From an uncultured virus (IMG/VR IMGVR_UViG_3300020042_003594) (lineage: Duplodnaviria > Heunggongvirae > Uroviricota > Caudoviricetes), in IMG/VR virus record IMGVR_UViG_3300020042_003594: a stretch of 20,000 nucleotides of DNA. One strand, given 5' to 3'. This document shows, piece after piece, positions 14,778-20,000 of the stretch (within the stretch, counting starts at the first letter, position 1; every line of letters starts with the position of its first letter). A program made the position numbers and the translations under genes. The notes beneath the pieces were generated by a model. That model saw only the letters and a list, made by a program, of their open reading frames with translations, ran no database searches and was not told the DNA's origin.

Positions 14778-15098
14778 TTAGTAGGTTCTGCCGCCGGATT
14801 TCATCTTAATCATCGTGCCCTTGGTTTTACCCTTGGATGCGATGCCGTCGCGGCTGGGGGCGGCAGTCTTAACAGCGCCCATCGAGGTCATACCGCCGCC
14901 AGCCAGACCTTTGTGGGCCTTGGATGCTGGTTTGGCTGCGTGCTTGGCCAGTGCTGCGGGCATGCCGCCTTTTTTCATCTTGCCTACGCCGTCGCCAACA
15001 AAAGCGGGTTTGCCGTCTTTCATGGGCATAGCGCCGCCGCTGGCCATCATCTTGGTTTTCATTGCGCCGCCGCTGGCCATCATTTTGGATTTCATCAT
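14778..15098 (-). CDS. Met/Lys/Gly-rich protein with five [ML]xxGG motifs
   Basis: 106 aa; MASGG x2, MKKGG, LAGGG, MKSGG and RDGIASKGKTKG; AGGA SD; overlaps the upstream stop. Confidence 0.75.
   Translation of the reverse strand: MMKSKMMASGGAMKTKMMASGGAMPMKDGKPAFVGDGVGKMKKGGMPAALAKHAAKPASKAHKGLAGGGMTSMGAVKTAAPSRDGIASKGKTKGTMIKMKSGGRTY
15031..15095. repeat. 33-bp-period tandem duplication encoding MK(S/T)KMMASGGA twice
   Basis: 15031..15062 versus 15064..15095 has 2 mismatches in 32 nt. Confidence 0.85.
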
Positions 15099-15763
15099 TT
15101 TTCCTGCTCCTGATAAAGGTTGTTAAACGTCTGCTCCGCATCCATGTACGAGTCGTCTTGCTCTGCACAGTGAATCCACTGGTTTGGCCTGAAATCAGGC
15201 GCTCCCTGTCCAGTTTGCCAATAGGCTGGACTTGTTACCCGGACTCGGTTGTTGGGCAGCGCCACAACATTTCCGGTCCACTTACCTGCGTCAGTAAGTA
15301 TCAAGACATGACTTTGTTTGTGCTGTGACGGGTCTTCCGACACGTCGCTCTCAGCGTAGTCTACAGTGAACAAGTACCTGCCGGTGTGAAACTCACCGCC
15401 AATCTTGCAAAGCCAAGGAGACGGCTTGGCCCTTTCCAAACTAATAATGGTGTGGTTGTACGAGTTGCAATCCCAAGGCTGCGACAGGTGGTTGAGCATG
15501 CGCTCCGGCCATTCCTTCAAGGGAATGTCCCCCACCAACGCAGCAAGCGGCATCCTTGCCCACATTGCACCACCGTGTACGTTTTCCTCACCCTCGGCCT
15601 CAAGGCCCGTAAAAATCATCTGAAAACTCAAGCTACGGTCCGGGATGGTCGTCACTGCAACCGCCAAACCGTGAATGTACTCACCTTGGTACTTCTGGTG
15701 AGCATTCGTGAATTCTTTGCGCACCCAGCATTTGAAGTACGGGATGTTGCTTGTCAGGTACAT
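15095..15763 (-). CDS. Conserved phage protein of unknown function
   Basis: 222 aa, Trp/His-rich and globular (GGAMWARMP, QPWDC, YLFTVDY, QHKQSHVL, ALPNNR); coupled on both sides. Confidence 0.75.
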   Translation of the reverse strand: MYLTSNIPYFKCWVRKEFTNAHQKYQGEYIHGLAVAVTTIPDRSLSFQMIFTGLEAEGEENVHGGAMWARMPLAALVGDIPLKEWPERMLNHLSQPWDCNSYNHTIISLERAKPSPWLCKIGGEFHTGRYLFTVDYAESDVSEDPSQHKQSHVLILTDAGKWTGNVVALPNNRVRVTSPAYWQTGQGAPDFRPNQWIHCAEQDDSYMDAEQTFNNLYQEQEK

Positions 15764-16011
15764 TACTTACCGCCTGCATACCAGTTAACAAGCTGAACTA
15801 AACTCGCGCCTACGACGCTGCTTGCCCCGCCAACCAACATCAAAACCTTCCAGCCACCGCGAGCCTCGGACAGTGTTTTGTCAATGGCTGTCAGCGTTGC
15901 CTGCATGGCCTTCATGTTCTCCAGCATCTTGTCCATGTCATCTTGCAAGTGCTTGATGTCGGACGCGTGCGTAGCAAGTTCACGGGCTGTTTGGATAGCG
16001 TCTTCTGTCAT
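15763..16011 (-). CDS. Coiled-coil plus C-terminal TM small membrane protein
   Basis: 82 aa; heptad region then GGWKVLMLVGGASSVVGASLVQLV. Confidence 0.7.
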   Translation of the reverse strand: MTEDAIQTARELATHASDIKHLQDDMDKMLENMKAMQATLTAIDKTLSEARGGWKVLMLVGGASSVVGASLVQLVNWYAGGK

Positions 16012-16012
16012 G

Positions 16013-16270
16013 TCAGCACTTCCATCTCTTTAGAGCCGCCGCCTTGCGGGTGGGCTGGCCTTTTTCGTCTTTCATCGGGCCGGGCATCCCTGACATCCGT
16101 GCGCAGAACGAATCCTTGCGCTTGCCGCCTTGTGGCTGCGGGGCTTTAAGGTTGCTGCCCGTAGCTGCGTTGTACTTGGCACGGCCTTTGGCAGTCAAGC
16201 CCGCCCCCTTGGAGATCGGCAGCTTTTCGCCACGACCAACCGAGAGAACCGGGCCTTTTTTCTTAGCCAT
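16013..16270 (-). CDS. Small basic protein (DUF6321-like)
   Basis: 85 aa; GLTAKGRAKYN..NLKAP..RKDSFCARMSG..ALKRWKC. The family name is from recall and unverified. Confidence 0.65.
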   Translation of the reverse strand: MAKKKGPVLSVGRGEKLPISKGAGLTAKGRAKYNAATGSNLKAPQPQGGKRKDSFCARMSGMPGPMKDEKGQPTRKAAALKRWKC

Positions 16271-16784
16271 AATAGATTTGCGCCGCGCCGATATTGGTCA
16301 TCAACGCATAGATCCCCTTGACGGCTACAACGCCTTCGCCCGGAATAACAGGCGCGTTGCTGAAGGTATCTGTGACGTCAACTTCGTAGGTAATTAGCCA
16401 TCGACTGCCACCAGAAACGTAAGCAGCCGATGGGCTACCGCTAACGGTGCCTGTGTTGATATCCGTAATCGAGAAAGAATTGGCGTCTATTCTGGTAATA
16501 GAATAATTACCATCTGTTGCCGATACGCCACCGCTAGAATTAAAATGAATACCAATAACATCTCCAGTCACAAGACCATGAGATGTTTTACTTACGGTTA
16601 CTGTAGTCGTTGATCGTCCATAAGTAACACTTGAAGTAACTGGAGCGGTTGTAGTGTCAAACAGCACTAAAGTACCGTCTGTGCCGGAACCGTACCAAGA
16701 AATACCTTTTACACGGTTACGCCCAAGAACAAAAAAACCGCTTTGGTTTAAATGACCTTGTCTTACGTCATATTGCATCGTCAT
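16263..16784 (-). CDS. Putative head decoration/minor virion protein with a TSHGL beta domain
   Basis: 173 aa; MQYDV..RVKG..IPGEGV..IYYG frame interrupted by a TVTVSKTSHGL domain. Confidence 0.6.
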   Translation of the reverse strand: MTMQYDVRQGHLNQSGFFVLGRNRVKGISWYGSGTDGTLVLFDTTTAPVTSSVTYGRSTTTVTVSKTSHGLVTGDVIGIHFNSSGGVSATDGNYSITRIDANSFSITDINTGTVSGSPSAAYVSGGSRWLITYEVDVTDTFSNAPVIPGEGVVAVKGIYALMTNIGAAQIYYG

Positions 16785-16938
16785 GTTCTTGCTCCGGTTC
16801 TGGTGCGTCTAGCCTGTTTATGAGCATCTTGTACGCTTGGATCGTGGCTTGAGCCTGAGTCAAAAAGATTTGAGCTTTCTGCGCTTCAGTCTCAAGGTCA
16901 CGTATCTCAGATTCCAAGAATTCCTTGGTAATCTGCAT
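16768..16938 (-). CDS. Small coiled-coil protein (56 aa)
   Basis: Hand translation MQITKEFLESEIRDLETEAQKAQIFLTQAQATIQAYKMLINRLDAPEPEQEHDDAI; TAATG coupling to the upstream gene. Confidence 0.7.
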   Translation of the reverse strand: MQITKEFLESEIRDLETEAQKAQIFLTQAQATIQAYKMLINRLDAPEPEQEHDDAI

Positions 16939-17537
16939 TATGCAAAGGTCGAGTACGCAGGAACGTAGTACGCGGTGCCGCCAATCATCACTTTAATTGC
17001 TTTGGCTACAGTGGTAACACTGGTTGCCGTAGGCGCAACCGTGGCGGCAGGGCCAGTAGCAATATTGATCAGATTCTGAACTTCACCGGTCTGGGTGCCG
17101 CTATCTGTCACACGGATAAACGAGGACGTTGAGCCAAGTGTGACGTTGGTGCTGTAGTCGGTATCTAACTGAAGAACAGCCAGCGTACCGCCGGGGGTTG
17201 TTGCAGTTCCACCCAAAGTTGCACGGATTGCGTTAGCCGCACCAGAAATAGTGCCCGTGGTGTTGATTGAGGTGGAGATATGTGCGCCGTTAATTGTTCC
17301 AGCAGCGGCTGCGCCTGCGCCAGTCACAACAGAGAAAGCACGAAGCGTTTCGCCCGAACCTGTAGAAGTAAAGGTCAATCGGTTGTACGACAGGCGTGTA
17401 TCGCCAGTAGTGGCTGAAGTCGTAGCAAATGCAGCATTGACGTTTTGCGCTGTAGTTACTGAAAGAGGAGAAGCGGAAGTGCCCGTGTCAAAGCCGTTGT
17501 TAGATACGACTGGGCCGGAGAACGTGGTGGTTGCCAT
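16938..17537 (-). CDS. Putative head fibre/decoration protein
   Basis: 199 aa, Thr/Gly/Ala-rich; MATTTFSGPV N-terminus and IKVMIGGTAYYVP C-terminus; first gene after the capsid gene. Confidence 0.6.
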   Translation of the reverse strand: MATTTFSGPVVSNNGFDTGTSASPLSVTTAQNVNAAFATTSATTGDTRLSYNRLTFTSTGSGETLRAFSVVTGAGAAAAGTINGAHISTSINTTGTISGAANAIRATLGGTATTPGGTLAVLQLDTDYSTNVTLGSTSSFIRVTDSGTQTGEVQNLINIATGPAATVAPTATSVTTVAKAIKVMIGGTAYYVPAYSTFA

Positions 17538-17542
17538 GATAT

Positions 17543-17618
17543 GTTCCTTACATGCAAGTTAGGCGTATCAGTCTGCATGTCGTCAGCCGGGACTGTCTGA
17601 TACACCGGAAAGCCCGGA
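17543..17618 (-). ncRNA. Two-hairpin kissing-loop/pseudoknot RNA element downstream of the capsid gene (probably Mu-gpT-DE-like)
   Basis: CCGGG/CCCGG stem, ACATGCA/TGCATGT stem and 10-bp loop-loop complementarity GGTGTATCAG/CTGATACGCC; ends at the AAGGA SD. The position matches that described for the Mu-gpT-DE motif; no covariance search was run. Confidence 0.7.
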
Positions 17619-17626
17619 ATGTCTGC

Positions 17627-17655
17627 AATATACACCAAAAGAAAAGGGGGCACAA
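17627..17655 (-). promoter_or_regulatory. Possible sigma70-type promoter overlapping the terminator
   Basis: TTGTGC-17 nt-TATATT; +1 would fall just before the RNA element. Confidence 0.4.
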
Positions 17656-17663
17656 GGCCCCCT
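17636..17663 (-). terminator. Rho-independent terminator after the major capsid gene
   Basis: AGGGGGC-CTTGT-GCCCCCT followed by TTTCTTTT, about 15 nt after the MCP stop. Confidence 0.85.
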
Positions 17664-17677
17664 CTCCCATAGTTCCC

Positions 17678-18610
17678 TTACGCGGCGCCGGGTGATCCGA
17701 AGATGCCCAGTGGGTCAGAGAAGCCAAAGCTGTAACGCTCACGGGCTTTGTAACGGACGTTGCCGGTGTCGAAATCACCATCCATGGAGGTCGTCATCGC
17801 AGCACGCTCGAAGTGCTTCAAACCGTTAGGAACGTCTGTGGTCAAGAACCAAGCATTCGGATCGGTCAGATAGTGGTTCACGGTGTAACCAGCAGAGATG
17901 GTGCCCATTGACTTCAACGCGTTGATGTCGTTGTCAGCGGTAGCAACACGCAGTTCGGTGTCCAGCAAACGCTTTGCCACGAACATCAAATTTGGTGGGA
18001 TCACCAGTTTGACGGGCTTGGAAGCGATCAACAGACCACGCTCATCCACCCAAGCAGCGATCTGAATGGTTGCGGCTTCCAAAGAAGTCTCATTCAAATC
18101 AGAGGGTGTAGATGGGGTGTTGTTGTTTACACCGCCGCCAACCAGCGGATGACCGACCAAGACGGCAGAAGCGTTGTAGCCGAACAGAGACACGCCGTCA
18201 CCGCCGAGGGCAGTACCGGAGAAACCTGTATTCAGAACAGCAGCAGCTTTGACCTGCTTGGTGTAAGCCATACCGCGAGCCAGAGCCTTGGTGTAACGGG
18301 CAGACAAACTGTCGTACAGATTGTCTTCCACTGCTTCTTCAGTGATGGAGAAGCCCAGAGCAATGGTCTCGTGGGTGTAGCGTGCAGTAAAGGCTTCCTG
18401 CGCATTGTCAAAAGCGATGGCAGAGCCCTCGTTCTTAACAGGTGCAGCGCCAAAACCGGACAGCTTGGTCTCTTCTTCGAACGAACGCTCAGAAGATTCT
18501 GTTTCGTACAGTTCTTTGTGCTCTTCGCCGTAGCGAGCGTACTCCAAACCAAACAGTGCGTTCAAACCCGGGAGGAGTTCTTTAAGTAGTTGTGCGCGTG
18601 AAATTGCCAT
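17678..18610 (-). CDS. Major capsid protein (Mu gpT-like, HK97 fold)
   Basis: 310 aa; MAISRAQLLKELLPGLNALFG..SFEEE..GFG.APVKNEG..ARYTHETIALGFSITEEA..RERYSFG.SDP; AAGGAG SD; followed by a terminator. Confidence 0.9.
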   Translation of the reverse strand: MAISRAQLLKELLPGLNALFGLEYARYGEEHKELYETESSERSFEEETKLSGFGAAPVKNEGSAIAFDNAQEAFTARYTHETIALGFSITEEAVEDNLYDSLSARYTKALARGMAYTKQVKAAAVLNTGFSGTALGGDGVSLFGYNASAVLVGHPLVGGGVNNNTPSTPSDLNETSLEAATIQIAAWVDERGLLIASKPVKLVIPPNLMFVAKRLLDTELRVATADNDINALKSMGTISAGYTVNHYLTDPNAWFLTTDVPNGLKHFERAAMTTSMDGDFDTGNVRYKARERYSFGFSDPLGIFGSPGAA

Positions 18611-18621
18611 GATTTAACTCC

Positions 18622-19239
18622 TTACAGGCCGACGTTGTTTGAATACGAGTGGGCACTGGGGTTGAACTTAACCAACACATCAGTGAACGCATCGCCAATT
18701 GCTGAGAAGCCTGCAACCTCAACGAAGCCCACAATACGGAAAGCCGCAGCACCCGCCTGCACACTAGCCGATAAAGAGCTAGTTGAGTTACCAGTTGTGG
18801 TGGAACCAGTGCTGGTACTCTGTACCGCAGTAAAGAAAGTGTTGGTGCCCAAAACTGTTTGAGCGCCGGAACCACTTAGCTGCGCTTGGAACGCAACGCT
18901 TGGGTCAGTAATAACCTTGGCTGTTACCACGCCGGTTGTGCCGGAAGGGTAATACTGCGCGTTAATTACCTGACCTTGTGCATTGACGTACTGACAACCG
19001 ACGAAAACGCCGATTGCACCAACGCCGTTGCCGCCAAGGTTGTTGGTCGTAATGTCGGCACCGGTGGCGGTGGAGATGGCTAGATAGCCGTCCGCGCCAA
19101 TAATGACAACTTGACCGTAGAAAATGTTGGTGCCCTCACCAGCGGGATCAATCAGAAAAGTCTGAGTTGCACCGGCATAGGGCATGCCATCAACGCGATT
19201 AATGGGACGTAGCCCATATGGGGAAGCTGTAGATGCCAT
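18622..19239 (-). CDS. Putative capsid cement/minor head protein
   Basis: 205 aa; PYGLRPI..IFYGQVV..IGVFVGCQY..DP motifs; immediately upstream of the MCP; AAGGAG SD. Confidence 0.65.
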   Translation of the reverse strand: MASTASPYGLRPINRVDGMPYAGATQTFLIDPAGEGTNIFYGQVVIIGADGYLAISTATGADITTNNLGGNGVGAIGVFVGCQYVNAQGQVINAQYYPSGTTGVVTAKVITDPSVAFQAQLSGSGAQTVLGTNTFFTAVQSTSTGSTTTGNSTSSLSASVQAGAAAFRIVGFVEVAGFSAIGDAFTDVLVKFNPSAHSYSNNVGL

Positions 19240-19253
19240 TTAAGGACTCCTTG

Positions 19254-19709
19254 TTACTTAGAACCTGAACCAAATCCGCCACGAGTTGTCGATGACTTTC
19301 GGTCAGCAAACAACGGCATGCGCGGGTCATTATTTCTCATAAAACTGTTGTCCACAGAGGTCATCTGGTTTGCAGCTTGTTGGTCGTAATACTCATTCCG
19401 TGCCTGTACGCGATTAATAGCCTGCTTGCAAAGCATAAGGCCACCTGTCTCAACATTTCCGGTCTTAGCACTACCCTCTAGAAGCAACTCCGGATGGTCT
19501 GCCGCCTTCACTGGTTCCCAGCCTTCGCGCATCATTTTTGACACATGCGTAGGTTGCGCCTGCCCATTGATACTTGTCATGATGTAACGGTATTTGTAGT
19601 TGGCGTCGGGAAGCGGATCGGGCAAAGCACTCGATGGTGTATACACAAAACGAGTTGTTCTTGCGCGTGAGTCGAGTTCACGGGGACTTCGGTTTATAGT
19701 TTCAGCCAT
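19254..19709 (-). CDS. Conserved head-module protein of unknown function
   Basis: 151 aa; YRYI..REGWEPVKA.DHPE..GGLMLCK..RNEYY..DPRMP; lies between the scaffold and head genes. Confidence 0.7.
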   Translation of the reverse strand: MAETINRSPRELDSRARTTRFVYTPSSALPDPLPDANYKYRYIMTSINGQAQPTHVSKMMREGWEPVKAADHPELLLEGSAKTGNVETGGLMLCKQAINRVQARNEYYDQQAANQMTSVDNSFMRNNDPRMPLFADRKSSTTRGGFGSGSK

Positions 19710-19998
19710 TTAATTTCTCCAATTTTGCTACTTCGTTTGCATACTGCTGCGGGGTAAGGCCGTATTTCTTCGCCAACGCTACCTGCGTGGGTGTCAGTTG
19801 TACTTTTCTTGCGCCCGTAGAGCGATTTGCCGGGGCGACAACCGAAGTTGGCCTTTTTGGGGAATCCGTTACCTTACGCTCTTCAGCATCGCCAAAGACT
19901 TCAGGAAACGTAGACTTTACGCGAGCGTCAATCCGCTCGAAATACTCACTGCTGCGGGGATCGACCCCGTTATTGACTAGTTTCTGGTGCAGCCCTAG
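19702..19998 (-). CDS. Scaffolding protein, C-terminal part (5' end outside the window)
   Basis: Open frame LGLHQKLVNNGVDPRSSEYFERID..VVAPANRSTGARKVQLTPTQVALAKKYGLTPQQYANEVAKL ending at TGA 19702; terminal helix-turn-helix typical of scaffolds. Confidence 0.75.
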   Translation of the reverse strand, partial: LGLHQKLVNNGVDPRSSEYFERIDARVKSTFPEVFGDAEERKVTDSPKRPTSVVAPANRSTGARKVQLTPTQVALAKKYGLTPQQYANEVAKLEKLNG

Positions 19999-20000
19999 TG

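Noticed and set aside
17543..17625. Hammerhead ribozyme reading of the capsid-downstream RNA (CTGACGA between two stems with loop-loop pairing)
   Set aside because: The required GAAA after stem II is absent (TAAG instead) and no stem III can be formed.
229..19980. All plus-strand ORFs in the track, and nested alternative-frame minus ORFs (e.g. 1551..1733, 1746..2006, 2738..3172, 7938..8306, 14869..15168, 17456..17653, 18232..18552)
   Set aside because: They are shadows of a fully tiled, translationally coupled minus-strand operon and show no recognisable protein features.
1..20000. tRNA, rRNA, integrase, transposase, intron/intein or auxiliary metabolic genes
   Set aside because: No supporting motifs were seen, and the intergenic gaps are too short apart from the capsid-downstream region.

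Overview
The window is a 20 kb piece of a tailed dsDNA bacteriophage (Caudoviricetes). The protein families resemble those of uncultured freshwater proteobacterial phages, and the layout is probably podovirus-like because no tape measure or sheath gene is visible. All real genes are on the minus strand and tightly coupled (ATGA/TAATG overlaps). In transcription order (right to left): scaffold C-terminus, two conserved head genes, the major capsid protein, an intrinsic terminator plus a kissing-loop RNA element, putative decoration proteins, a cluster of small Lys/Gly-rich proteins sharing a [MFL]xxGG motif, head-tail adaptor-type genes, tail proteins, an array of fibre/receptor-binding-like genes paired with small partner ORFs (including a mosaic tandem duplication), and an AT-rich lysis module (3TM holin, M15A-type endolysin start). 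Seven real ORFs missing from the supplied track were recovered by hand. Family names come from recognition of sequence motifs, not from database searches. The most interesting signals are the structured RNA after the capsid gene, the [MFL]xxGG basic-protein cluster and the anchor-flanked fibre cassettes.
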